From Candidatus Yanofskybacteria bacterium RIFCSPHIGHO2_01_FULL_44_24 (GTDB lineage: Bacteria > Patescibacteriota > Minisyncoccia > 2-02-FULL-40-12 > GWA2-44-9), in contig MGJK01000012.1 in the NCBI GenBank assembly GCA_001794215.1, positions 4,834 through 68,833 of the forward strand: a stretch of DNA of 64,000 nt, written 5' to 3'. Positions 27,790 to 37,156 of the stretch are shown piece after piece. Both the position numbers and the translations under genes were made by a program. A model generated the notes under the pieces. It was not told the DNA's origin and did not search any database. It saw only the letters and a list, made by a program, of their open reading frames with translations. Every line of letters begins with the position of its first letter. Positions within the stretch are counted from its first letter, which is position 1.

Positions 27790-29580
27790 TCAGTCTTTTA
27801 TATGATAAGCTTTGTAAAAATGAGAACTTTTGTTCTTAAGCAATTCCTCCGGTCTTCCTTCTTCGATAATTCTGCCTTCCTCGAGCACCATCAGCTTATC
27901 CGCATTGGTGATAGTGCTTAAGCGGTGGGCAATGACTAAAATAGTAACCCTGCCCTTTAGGCCGCTAATTGCTTTTTGTATCAAAGCTTCTGATTCCGTA
28001 TCTACTGAACTTGTGGCTTCATCAAGGACGAGGATTTTCGGATTTCTTGCCAATGCCCTGGCCAGGACTATCCTCTGTCTTTGACCCCCGGACAGTTCAA
28101 TACCCCTTTCTCCCACTACGGTTTGAAATCTATCGGGAAGTTCAGAAACGAAATCGTATATGCTGGCCATTTTAATGGCCTTAATAATTTCCTCATGAGT
28201 TACGGTTTCGTCATAGAATTTGACGTTGTTCTCTATGGTGTCATTTAAAAGGAATATGTCTTGAGGGACATAACCGATGTTGTTTCGCCACGCCTTGAGA
28301 TCTATCTTCAGTATATTTTTACCGTCAAGCAGTATTTGGCCGCCGTCCGGTTCTAAGAGCCGTAGCAAGAGGTCTACGACAGTTGTTTTCCCTACTCCCG
28401 AGGGTCCGATGATCCCAACCACCTCTCCTTTTTGAATTGAAAAATTTAAATTCTTTAAAATTTCTCCTGAGCGAGGGTATGAAAATTCTATTCCCTTAAA
28501 CTCAAGAGACTTGTTAAATTCGAAATCATCAGTGCCACGATTTACCTCCACGCTATTCTTTGCAATAGTTTTGTATTCCGCCGTACTTTCCAGGTAGGGA
28601 ATCAATCCGTTAAATCCTTGCATTTGGCTTTGGGCCGACTGGATAAATGAAAACATTTTTTGGATTAGATAAACGACAACGCCAAAAGCAGCGATATTAA
28701 ATTCAGGAGTCCTATATGTGAAAATAAACAGAAGCCCCACGAAAGCTATGCCGGTAGGTTCGAGAGATTGTCCTAAAGAGTAGGTGTAAAAACTCATCTT
28801 TATTCTTGCCCTTCTCAACTTGTCGAAATAGTGGAGGCCCTTACTTATGACCCTATCCTCGGTTGAGGTGGCCTTCACTATCTTAGCGCCTATGATATTT
28901 TCTCCGACATGGTGGGCAACCTCCTTAAAGGTAGCACTTATTTCTTCTGAAATTTTCCTGGTCTTAAAAAATAACGGTTTGAAGAGAAAGAAAAGGATTC
29001 CTCCGAAGCCCATGGTCATGAGCGTAACGGTAGACGATATCTTGAATGCGACAAAGGCGTAGGCGATAAAGCTGGTCGCGATTAATATACTTGAACTTAC
29101 TTGGTTCAAGAGCGATGCGGCGTTGGATATATCAAATAAAAGCACCCTCTCAAGATAGCCAGTTTTTTGCTCCATTAAAGACGGCCAGTCGGCTTTCAGG
29201 GTTTTTTCGAACAGATCTTTTCGGAGATCTTCTTCGAGCCGGGCGACTAATTTTTCAGTATTGTATTTTGAGAAAAACTGGGTCAGGGCCTTTAACGCAA
29301 AGAGAGCGACCATAAAAGCGATCAAAAAAGCCGGCGTTAACGGAATATGAAGAAAAGAAAAAGACCAGGCTACGTTTCTTGTAATAAAGTCTGTGCCCTC
29401 TACGGCGACGTTAGAGAACAATGAGAATAGGGGAATAACGACGCCTATTCCTATGCTTCCGGCCAAACCGTTCAAAAAGCCAAGCAGGATGGTCAGAATA
29501 AGGCCGGATTTATACGGTCCTATAAGATCCTTACTTAATACAAAAATGTATTTTATTTTTTGGAAAGTATTCAGGCTCAT
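27790..29580 (-). CDS. ABC exporter, fused permease/ATP-binding protein (MsbA-like; probable heterodimer partner)
   Basis: Walker A GPSGVGKTT, signature LSGGQRQRIVLARAL and Walker B ILVLDEATSSVD. Adjacent to and co-directional with the paralog at 25967. Confidence 0.85.
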   Translation of the reverse strand: MSLNTFQKIKYIFVLSKDLIGPYKSGLILTILLGFLNGLAGSIGIGVVIPLFSLFSNVAVEGTDFITRNVAWSFSFLHIPLTPAFLIAFMVALFALKALTQFFSKYNTEKLVARLEEDLRKDLFEKTLKADWPSLMEQKTGYLERVLLFDISNAASLLNQVSSSILIATSFIAYAFVAFKISSTVTLMTMGFGGILFFLFKPLFFKTRKISEEISATFKEVAHHVGENIIGAKIVKATSTEDRVISKGLHYFDKLRRARIKMSFYTYSLGQSLEPTGIAFVGLLFIFTYRTPEFNIAAFGVVVYLIQKMFSFIQSAQSQMQGFNGLIPYLESTAEYKTIAKNSVEVNRGTDDFEFNKSLEFKGIEFSYPRSGEILKNLNFSIQKGEVVGIIGPSGVGKTTVVDLLLRLLEPDGGQILLDGKNILKIDLKAWRNNIGYVPQDIFLLNDTIENNVKFYDETVTHEEIIKAIKMASIYDFVSELPDRFQTVVGERGIELSGGQRQRIVLARALARNPKILVLDEATSSVDTESEALIQKAISGLKGRVTILVIAHRLSTITNADKLMVLEEGRIIEEGRPEELLKNKSSHFYKAYHIKD

Positions 29581-29588
29581 TAAAATAT

Positions 29589-30524
29589 TCAGCTGTTTTT
29601 AAGATACCAGTTCAGGGTTTCCTTGAGGCCGTTTTTTAATTTTATCTTAGCCGTAAATCCGAACTCCTTTTTGGCCTTGCTAATATCGATTGCTCTGCGG
29701 GGTTGGCCATCCGGCTTTTCTTTATCCCAGATAATTTTATTTTTGTAGTCCGCCACTTTGGATATAAGTCCCAGTAATTCCTTGATTGAGATTTCTTGCC
29801 CCGATCCGATATTGATCGGTTCCGGTTTATTGTATTTTGCCGTAGCTAAGACTATCGCTTCTGCCGCATCGTCGACATAAAGAAATTCTCGAGTAGCTTT
29901 GCCCGTACCCCATGCCTGAAGGGGCTTATTATTTTTCTTGGCCTCAACTATTTTGCGGACAAGGGCGGCAACAACGTGGCTTGAGGCGGGATCAAAGTTA
30001 TCGCCGGGGCCGTATAGATTCTCGAGGAGAAGGTGTATCGAGTTAAATCCGTATTCCTGTCTGTAGGCTTGGCCTTGTACCAAAACAGCCTTTTTCGCTA
30101 TTCCATAGGGAGCATTGGTTTCTTCGGGGTAGCCCAGCCAGAGATCTTCTTCTTTGAACGGTACGGGAGTAAATTTAGGGTATTCACAAACAGACCCGAT
30201 CATTATAAATTTCTTAACACCGGCCCTATGCGAAGCTTCCATCAGGTTGACTCCCATACTTATATTATCATAAAAGGCCTTTGCCGGATGTTCTTTGTTA
30301 TAGCCTATTCCTCCGACTATTGCTGCGCAATGGATTACGATATCTTGTTCGGCCGTCAGCTTCTCACAGTTGCTTAAGAGTCGTAAGTCGTAATCTTTTG
30401 AGCGGGGGATCGTTATATTTTTTTTCAATACTCCTGCCCGTACTAAGCGATCAGCAACCCGTCTACCCAAAAAACCGGCTCCACCGGTCAGCAATATTTT
30501 TTTATTTTTAAAATAATTATCCAT
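29589..30524 (-). CDS. GDP-L-fucose synthase family 3,5-epimerase/4-reductase (Fcl / GDP-colitose synthase ColC-like)
   Basis: ILLTGGAGFLG, IGSVCEYPK, NAPYGIAKK, NLYGPGDNFDPASSHVV and TREFLYVDD match the Fcl/WcaG family throughout. Confidence 0.8.
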   Translation of the reverse strand: MDNYFKNKKILLTGGAGFLGRRVADRLVRAGVLKKNITIPRSKDYDLRLLSNCEKLTAEQDIVIHCAAIVGGIGYNKEHPAKAFYDNISMGVNLMEASHRAGVKKFIMIGSVCEYPKFTPVPFKEEDLWLGYPEETNAPYGIAKKAVLVQGQAYRQEYGFNSIHLLLENLYGPGDNFDPASSHVVAALVRKIVEAKKNNKPLQAWGTGKATREFLYVDDAAEAIVLATAKYNKPEPINIGSGQEISIKELLGLISKVADYKNKIIWDKEKPDGQPRRAIDISKAKKEFGFTAKIKLKNGLKETLNWYLKNS

Positions 30525-30532
30525 TTTGTTTG

Positions 30533-30976
30533 TTATTTAAATCCCGCTGATGCAAGAACCTCGCGAACGTATTTAGGCCATTGCTTATCTATGCGTGAAA
30601 ACCACTGAATGGTCGAATGCTGGCTATCCGGCCGAGTATTACCCGCTGATTTTATTGTAACGGCGTGTATGATATTAATATTGTGGCAGGGGTACTTGAA
30701 GGCGCTGTCGGGGAAAAATACTTCGTTTACTGTCAGGAAGCGGATCTTTGTAATCACACTTGTCGATAATCCGGTTTCTTCTTTTATTTTACGCATTACA
30801 GCGTTTAATATTTTTTCATTTTTTAAAATTCTTCCACCGGGAAACCACCATTTATTTTTTGCCGGCGCGTTGGCTCTTTTGCCGAGCAAGAATTTGCGCC
30901 GATGGATTAAAATAAACTCCACGCATGTAATGGGCATTGTCTCAACAATTTTCTTGTACGAAGCCTTGCTGATCAT
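30533..30976 (-). CDS. Nudix hydrolase (GDP-mannose mannosyl hydrolase-like)
   Basis: Nudix box GGRILKNEKILNAVMRKIKEETGL (G-x5-E-x7-REUxEExGU). Sits between the dehydratase and reductase, as gmm does in gmd-fcl clusters. Confidence 0.7.
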   Translation of the reverse strand: MISKASYKKIVETMPITCVEFILIHRRKFLLGKRANAPAKNKWWFPGGRILKNEKILNAVMRKIKEETGLSTSVITKIRFLTVNEVFFPDSAFKYPCHNINIIHAVTIKSAGNTRPDSQHSTIQWFSRIDKQWPKYVREVLASAGFK

Positions 30977-30986
30977 TAGCTCTTTG

Positions 30987-32159
30987 TTATCTTACCAACG
31001 CGGTAATTATTTTGAGATCCGAGTTAGTCAGTTCAGGATTATTGCCGAAATAAAATCCATTTCTATGCGCGAATTCGGCATTGGGACAGCTTGATGTTTC
31101 GGTTTGATCCCGATTATGTTTCTTAAAAAATGGCTGAAGAATCATACTGCCGCCGACAATGGGTCGAATTTCAAGTTTATTTTTTAGCTTTTTAACGAGC
31201 CTGTCGTGATCTCCTTGCGAGCGGCATAATACCGGAAAGGCAAAGTTCGAGACCATGTCTATATGGGAGTGGCGCAGAGGAATAAAGGCCCTATTGGCGT
31301 AGATTGTTTTAGCTAACTGAGTAAAGTTTTGATTTCTTTTTTGAATTATTTTATCTATGTGACGGAGCTGTTCGTTGCCCAAGAATCCATTGATTTCTGT
31401 CGGGCGCAAGTTATAGCCCAAATCATAAAATGTATATTGGGCATGGAACTGCTTTACTCTGTGTTTAGCCCTTAATTCCTCTTTTTCTTCCTCTTCTAAG
31501 TGTCTATCCCAACCGTGGGCTCGGACTATTCTGAGCATTTTAGCCAAGTCTTTATCGTCAGTGCAGACCGCCCCGCCCTCTATAGTTGACATATGATGAC
31601 CTACGAAGAAGGAAAAGGTACTGGCTAATCCAAAATTTCCTAACTTCTTACCCTTATATACAGTACCCAGGGCTTCACAATTATCCTCGATTAGGATCAT
31701 ATTTTGGTCTTGGCAGATTTTCTTTATTTGGTCTATGTCGTGGCAAAAACCGAGAAGGTTCGTTATAAAGAGTGCTTTTAGACCTTTGTTTTTTAGGGAC
31801 TCAGTTACTTTCTTGCTGGATATATTCAGAGTATCCAGTTCAATGTCTATGGGTACGGGCCTTAGTCCAAGCTGGATCAGCGGCATTACGTTGGTAGCCC
31901 AAGTTAAAGCAGAGAAACCGACCTCGTTGCCCGGCTTTAGTTGGCCGGAGTTCAATAGTGCCTGAATAAGCGCCAAGTTAGCCGAGCTGCCGCTGTTAAA
32001 GAAGATACAGTACTTTCTACCCTGGTACTCGGCGAAATTCTTTTCAAATTTTTCACATTCCGGTCCGAAGCTTAGTTGACTGGTTCGGCCGATGAAGTTA
32101 GTGAGCTTATCTTTTGTCTCTCTCTCCCGGTAGAAGGTAGATTTTATCAGTTTAATCAT
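30987..32159 (-). CDS. PLP-dependent DegT-family sugar 3-dehydratase, ColD-like (GDP-4-keto-6-deoxy-D-mannose 3-dehydratase)
   Basis: DegT/AHBA-synthase fold ([20 protein letters not shown]). In the Schiff-base motif [17 protein letters not shown] the usual Lys is replaced by His (His188 by my count), the hallmark of ColD/E1-type dehydratases. Confidence 0.65.
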   Translation of the reverse strand: MIKLIKSTFYRERETKDKLTNFIGRTSQLSFGPECEKFEKNFAEYQGRKYCIFFNSGSSANLALIQALLNSGQLKPGNEVGFSALTWATNVMPLIQLGLRPVPIDIELDTLNISSKKVTESLKNKGLKALFITNLLGFCHDIDQIKKICQDQNMILIEDNCEALGTVYKGKKLGNFGLASTFSFFVGHHMSTIEGGAVCTDDKDLAKMLRIVRAHGWDRHLEEEEKEELRAKHRVKQFHAQYTFYDLGYNLRPTEINGFLGNEQLRHIDKIIQKRNQNFTQLAKTIYANRAFIPLRHSHIDMVSNFAFPVLCRSQGDHDRLVKKLKNKLEIRPIVGGSMILQPFFKKHNRDQTETSSCPNAEFAHRNGFYFGNNPELTNSDLKIITALVR

Positions 32160-33178
32160 ATTTTTATTCCTTCATTTCTTAGATCCGCCTCTACCATGAT
32201 TCTAACCAAGTCTTCAAATTTAGTTTTGGGCTTCCAGCCAAGAATCTTCGTTGCCTTAGTCGGATCGGCCTTAAGGACATTAACTTCTGTTGGCCGATAA
32301 TAGCGCGGATCAATCTCGATGTATTTTTTGTAGCTACCGAGACCCGCCACTTGGAAGGCGAGCTTCACGAATTCTTTTACCGAATGAGTTTCTCCGGTCC
32401 CTATGACATAGTCGTCTGGTTTGTTTTGCTGAAGCATTAGCCACATTGCTTCGCAATATTCAGGAGCATAACCCCAGTCTCTTTTGGCCTCCAGATTGCC
32501 TAAATATATCTTCTTATCTTTTCCGGCTACGATTCGAGCTATGCCCCGGGTTATTTTTTTGGTCACAAAAGTTCCTCCTCGTCGGGGGCTTTCATGATTA
32601 AATAGTATTCCATTGGAGGCGAATATATTGTAGGCCTCCCTGTAATTTACGGTTGTGTTGTAGGCAAAAACCTTGGCGACAGCATAAGGACTTCTGGGAT
32701 GAAAAGATGTATTTTCGTTTTGCGGCGGAGGAGCGGAACCGAACATTTCAGAACTGGATGCTTGGTAGAACTTCACTTTTTGTCCGGTGTCATGTTGGTA
32801 GTCCTTGATTGCTTCTAAGATTCTGAGAGTTCCAAGGCCGGTTATGTCTGCTGTGTATTCCGGAATATCGAAAGATACCCTCACATGAGATTGCGCACCC
32901 AAATTGTATATTTCCTGGGGCTTGATTGAGTAGAGCAGTCTCCTTATAGTATTTGAATCCGCCAAGTCCCCATAATGAATTATTAATTTTGGCTTCTTCT
33001 CGTGAATATCTTTGAGTATGTGTTCTACGCGTCCGGTAATGAAAGTACTGGAGCGTCGCATGATTCCATGAACCTCGTATCCTTTTTCAAGTAAAAATTC
33101 AGCTAAGTATGAGCCGTCTTGTCCGGTAATCCCAGTTATTAGAGCCACCTTGGCTTTCTGGTTTTTCTTCAAATTCAT
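32156..33178 (-). CDS. gmd: GDP-mannose 4,6-dehydratase
   Basis: [30 protein letters not shown] and a YAVAKVFA catalytic Y-x3-K region. Full-length Gmd-like, 340 aa. Confidence 0.85.
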   Translation of the reverse strand: MNLKKNQKAKVALITGITGQDGSYLAEFLLEKGYEVHGIMRRSSTFITGRVEHILKDIHEKKPKLIIHYGDLADSNTIRRLLYSIKPQEIYNLGAQSHVRVSFDIPEYTADITGLGTLRILEAIKDYQHDTGQKVKFYQASSSEMFGSAPPPQNENTSFHPRSPYAVAKVFAYNTTVNYREAYNIFASNGILFNHESPRRGGTFVTKKITRGIARIVAGKDKKIYLGNLEAKRDWGYAPEYCEAMWLMLQQNKPDDYVIGTGETHSVKEFVKLAFQVAGLGSYKKYIEIDPRYYRPTEVNVLKADPTKATKILGWKPKTKFEDLVRIMVEADLRNEGIKI

Positions 33179-33269
33179 AGCTAAATTTATATCAAATTTT
33201 AACGTCTTAGTAAAGTTGTTTACGTGCTATGGCCATTGCTGTATCATTTAAGCTATAATTGTCAAAATA

Positions 33270-34034
33270 ATGAATAAATCAAACCAAGATCAAATTAACG
33301 CTACTTGGCGGGATGCTTGGGTAAAAGAGCGGGGGGTTTCGGGTAAGAAGATCTTAGGAAGCCGATTGTCCGTCGAAAGCTATAAAGTCGTCAAGAAATA
33401 TATTCCGGCCGATGTCGGTTCAATTTTGGAAATAGGGACGGGGAGCGGGAGGTTTGCCGTAAGATTTGCTCAGGATTTTCCGAAAGCAAGAGTCGTGGCT
33501 ACGGATATTCTGGAGGAATCTCTTTCCGAGGTCCGGAAGCTATCAAGCGAGCTTGGAGTGGGCAATGTCGAGACAAAACAGGAAGATATTTTCGGACTAT
33601 CATTTTCTGACGGAAGTTTTGATGTGGTTTTTTGTGATGCGGTGATCCAGCATTTACCCGAGTATGAGTCGGCAGTTAAAGAAATGGTCCGAGCGGTTAA
33701 GCCGGGAGGACTGCTGATTGTTTCGGTGGTTAACTTCTGGAATCCCCATACTTTCAATAAATTTCTTCTCGGGAAAAAGTACGAGTATGGCTTTGAAAAA
33801 TCTTTTACCCGTCGAGAGCTTAGGGATATTTTTAAAAAATATGGATTAAGCATTGCGGGAGAGGATGGATTTTATCCGGCTTATGGGATCGCAAGACTTA
33901 AGCGGCGCTATCGGATCTTCGGGCCTATCAGCGGAATTGCCGATAAAGTAGTCAGATTATCTGATAAAGTTTCTAACCGGTTCGTATCGAGGTATTTTGG
34001 ATTCGAGATTCTTATTGTAGGCCGGAAGGTTTAA
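33270..34034 (+). CDS. class I SAM-dependent methyltransferase
   Basis: Motif I ILEIGTGSGRFAVRFA and post-I VKPGGLLIV. Confidence 0.75.
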   Translation: MNKSNQDQINATWRDAWVKERGVSGKKILGSRLSVESYKVVKKYIPADVGSILEIGTGSGRFAVRFAQDFPKARVVATDILEESLSEVRKLSSELGVGNVETKQEDIFGLSFSDGSFDVVFCDAVIQHLPEYESAVKEMVRAVKPGGLLIVSVVNFWNPHTFNKFLLGKKYEYGFEKSFTRRELRDIFKKYGLSIAGEDGFYPAYGIARLKRRYRIFGPISGIADKVVRLSDKVSNRFVSRYFGFEILIVGRKV

Positions 34035-34059
34035 AACAGGATTTGTCTGAAAGCGATAA

Positions 34060-34410
34060 ACAGAAGTAATGAGGGCGCGGCATAAAGTCACTCCGCCTTG
34101 GCTTATTCGAGGCACGCCAATAAATTCCGCTCGCCCCTTATCTATCTTCAGCACGCCTCCGTCCCGCCAGCGACGGGACTCAGCTATGTTCGCCCCGCCC
34201 CTTCAGAACCATGCAAGGGGCGGGGTCTCAAATGCTTCAGATAGACAAGGGGCTTCGCCTTAGTTTTTCGTAAATCCCTTCAATAGGTTAAAGCCTCGCT
34301 TAAGGTTTTAAATAGAAGCCTGCGCAAATCTCCCAATATGCCGGCCGGGGCTTCGCTTAAAGTTGGTTTTGTAAATTCCTTATAGGGTTAACTAATCTAC
34401 CCTCGGTAGC
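34060..34410. other. GC-rich, hairpin-dense intergenic region (possible structured RNA / foreign leader) upstream of intact C-methyltransferase
   Basis: Unusually G+C-rich for this genome. Strong hairpins gccccgcccctt-cagaaccatgc-aaggggcggggt (34192-34227) and gtcccg-ccagcga-cgggac (34161-34179). ggggcttcgc repeats twice. No protein-like ORF; the 64-aa ORF 34069..34263 is low-complexity. Confidence 0.4.
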
Positions 34411-34475
34411 TATCGTTGATTTAATTAATTATTTCCTGTAACATCACAATGAATAAATCGGGAGGAGCTTAAACC

Positions 34476-35738
34476 ATGAAAATACCCAATCATGATGCGC
34501 CAATCGGCAGGATGGACCGATGTCAGATATGCGGCTCGGCCAACCTTTTTGAGGGTATAGATTTAGGCCATCAACCTCCCTGCGATGCTCTTTTAACAAA
34601 TAAAACGATCAACGAGCCGGAGATTTATTATCCTTTGCGCCTAATGATATGTTCCGACTGTGGACTCGGTCAGCTTGACCATGTCGTGGACGGGAAAATC
34701 ATTTATCCCGCCGACTATCCTTATAGGGCCGGAATTTCAAAGCCTTTACGGGATTATCTGCTGACTTATGCCGATGATGTGGTTACGCGGTTGAATGTTC
34801 CGCAGAAGGCCCTATGCGTTGATATAGGCTGTAATGACGGGACATTGCTCACCGGATTTCGGTCCCATGGCATGCGTACGCTTGGCGTTGAGCCGACAGA
34901 TATGGCCAAATACGCCCGGAAAGAAAACAAAATCACAACTTTGCAGGAGTTTTTCACTGAAGGCGTTGCCCGACAAGCAGTTAAAGAATACGGGAAAGCT
35001 AAGGTGGCAACAATGACCAATGTTTTTGCTCATATGGCTCCGTTGGGTAAAGTGATGCGCGGTATCGACAGACTACTGGATAAAGACGGAATGTTTGTTA
35101 CCGAGAGCCAGTATCTTCTTGATGTCTTGGATCGCAATCAGTTCGACCAGGTTTATCATGAGCATATCAGGTTATATAGCCTGAAGTCGCTGACCAAGCT
35201 GTTCCCGTATTATGGAATGGAAGTTTTCGATGCCGAGAAGCTCTCTTCCCGCGAAGGAAGCATCCGTGTTTATGTGGCGCGTAAAGGTGTGCGTCCGGTC
35301 AGTTCGAGGGTGGGCAACCTGCTTGCTCTTGAAGAAAGTCGGGGGCTGTTTGTGCCAGCGGTCTGGGCTCAGTTCCGGGCTCGGGTTAGTGAATGTCGTG
35401 AAAGATTTCTCGATTTAGCCTATAAGGCCAAGAACCAGGGGTTGAGATTTGTTGCCGATTCTTGTCCCGGACGCGGTGCGGTCTTGGTTAATTATTACGG
35501 TTTAGATAAAACCCTGATGCCATACATAGCTCAGCTTCCGGAGTCAGAAAAGGTTGGAAGGTATCTTCCCGGCACCCATATTCCTATCGTGGCTAACGGC
35601 ATTATTCTAAAAGAGAAGCCGGACTATGTGGTCATTCTCGCATGGCATTACGCCGATTTCATCATGAAGAATTGGCGAGCCAAGGGCCTGAAGTCGAAGT
35701 TTGTTATTCCGCTTCCGGATCCGAGGGTTATAAGTTAA
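34476..35738 (+). CDS. NDP-sugar C-methyltransferase (Zn-ribbon + class I MTase + C-methyltransferase C-terminal domain), intact
   Basis: CQICGSAN...CSDCGLGQL zinc ribbon, VDIGCNDGTLL motif I and the C-terminal domain (GRGAVLVNYYG...DYVVILAWHYADFIM). Good SD gggagg 9 nt upstream. Visibly higher G+C than its neighbours. Confidence 0.8.
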   Translation: MKIPNHDAPIGRMDRCQICGSANLFEGIDLGHQPPCDALLTNKTINEPEIYYPLRLMICSDCGLGQLDHVVDGKIIYPADYPYRAGISKPLRDYLLTYADDVVTRLNVPQKALCVDIGCNDGTLLTGFRSHGMRTLGVEPTDMAKYARKENKITTLQEFFTEGVARQAVKEYGKAKVATMTNVFAHMAPLGKVMRGIDRLLDKDGMFVTESQYLLDVLDRNQFDQVYHEHIRLYSLKSLTKLFPYYGMEVFDAEKLSSREGSIRVYVARKGVRPVSSRVGNLLALEESRGLFVPAVWAQFRARVSECRERFLDLAYKAKNQGLRFVADSCPGRGAVLVNYYGLDKTLMPYIAQLPESEKVGRYLPGTHIPIVANGIILKEKPDYVVILAWHYADFIMKNWRAKGLKSKFVIPLPDPRVIS

Positions 35739-35753
35739 TTAAAGTGTCCCCCA

Positions 35754-35785
35754 AGAGCAGACTGATTAGTCTGCTCTTTGATTTG
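35754..35785 (+). terminator. rho-independent terminator candidate
   Basis: agagcagact gatt agtctgctct is a perfect 10-bp stem followed by ttgatttg. Confidence 0.6.
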
Positions 35786-36003
35786 TCGGGTAGTGAATGT
35801 TTGAGATGCAATTTTCTAAAGAAAATTGCCACGGCAAAGCCACTCAAACATCTACTACCTGACGATTTGAAAAAGCATGTATTTAGGGTATATTAACCAT
35901 AGGATCAAATCCGAATAGCGAAACAAGAAATTCGAAACAAACAATAAGCCCGAAGCTTTTAGAGGGTGGCCGGTGGGCGTGCGGGGTATTCAAATGTTTG
36001 GAG

Positions 36004-36038
36004 TTTCGATCTTCGATATTGTTTCGTATTTCGAAATT
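36004..36038 (+). promoter_or_regulatory. conserved T-rich half of palindromic leader motif (TTCGAYATTGTTTCG-KW-TTTCGAWATT), ~20 nt upstream of start codon
   Basis: tttcgatcttcgatattgtttcgtatttcgaaatt. Near-identical copies lie at 46924 and 54547, each ~20 nt from a start codon and each paired with an upstream A-rich complement (cgaaacaa). Confidence 0.55.
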
Positions 36039-36058
36039 CTAATTTCTAATTTAAGTAG

Positions 36059-37156
36059 ATGATACCCTTTTTGGATCTAAAAAGTTTGAATGCTCCAATG
36101 AAGAAAGAACTCATGAAGGCTATTGAGAATGTTTTTGATTCCGGCTGGTATATCTTGGGCAGACAGTTAATCTTATTCGAAAAAGAATTTGCCAAGTACT
36201 GTGGAACCAGATATGCGGTAGGGGTGGGCAACGGACTCGATGCGCTCATTCTGATTTTTCGTGCCTACAAAGAAATGGGAATCATGAGAGAGGGCGATGA
36301 GGTCATCGTTCCGGCCAATACCTACATTGCCAGCATACTTGCCGTTACTGAAAACAGGCTCAAGCCGGTTTTAGTTGAGCCTGATCTGGCGACGTACAAC
36401 ATCGATCCGGATCTGATTGAGGAGAAGATCACCGATAAGACAAGAGCGATCATGGTGGTGCACCTGTATGGACGGGTCGGATATTCGGATAAAATTCGAA
36501 AAATTGCTGATAAATATAATCTAAAAGTAATTGAAGACGGAGCTCAGTCTCACGGCGCCGAGTACAAGGGGAGAAAATCTGGAAATTTGGGAGATGCCGC
36601 CGGACACAGCCTGTACCCTTCAAAACCCTTTGGTGCCTTAGGTGATGCGGGGGTTGTGACCACTAACGATCCTAAGTTGGCGGAGGTGGTCAGCGCTATA
36701 AGAAATTACGGGAGCTATAAAAAATACTACAACCGTTACAAGGGCGTTAATAGCCGTTTAGATGAACTGCAAGCCGCGGTTCTTTCGGTTAAGTTAAAAT
36801 ATTTAGACAAAGATAATGACGAGCGCAGGAAAATAGCCGACCTTTATCTGGAGAGTATTAAAAATAAAAAGATTGCCCTACCTCAAGTTAAAGATAAGAA
36901 ATCCCATGTCTGGCATCTTTTCGCTATCAGAGCAAAAGACAGAGAGCAATTTGCCGAGCATATGCTGAAGAAGGGGATCGAAACCCTCATTCATTACCCG
37001 GTCCCGCCCCACAAACAGGAGGCATTTAAAGAATGGAAGAGTCAAAAGTATCCGATAACCGAAGAGATACATGATACGGTTATCAGCTTGCCCCTTTATG
37101 GAACGATGACTAAAAGGCAGATAGAACAGGTGATTGAGGCGTGCAACGCATTCTAA
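36059..37156 (+). CDS. DegT/DnrJ/EryC1/StrS-family PLP-dependent sugar aminotransferase
   Basis: Full-length with the conserved active-site Lys present ([15 protein letters not shown]). GVGNGLDAL and [11 protein letters not shown] motifs. Confidence 0.8.
   Translation: MIPFLDLKSLNAPMKKELMKAIENVFDSGWYILGRQLILFEKEFAKYCGTRYAVGVGNGLDALILIFRAYKEMGIMREGDEVIVPANTYIASILAVTENRLKPVLVEPDLATYNIDPDLIEEKITDKTRAIMVVHLYGRVGYSDKIRKIADKYNLKVIEDGAQSHGAEYKGRKSGNLGDAAGHSLYPSKPFGALGDAGVVTTNDPKLAEVVSAIRNYGSYKKYYNRYKGVNSRLDELQAAVLSVKLKYLDKDNDERRKIADLYLESIKNKKIALPQVKDKKSHVWHLFAIRAKDREQFAEHMLKKGIETLIHYPVPPHKQEAFKEWKSQKYPITEEIHDTVISLPLYGTMTKRQIEQVIEACNAF

Noticed and set aside
34069-34263. 64-aa ORF (MRARHKVTPPW...) in the GC-rich intergenic region
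   Set aside because: Low-complexity Pro/Arg/Ser-rich translation typical of GC-rich non-coding DNA. No start context. The region is better explained as structured RNA or foreign non-coding sequence.
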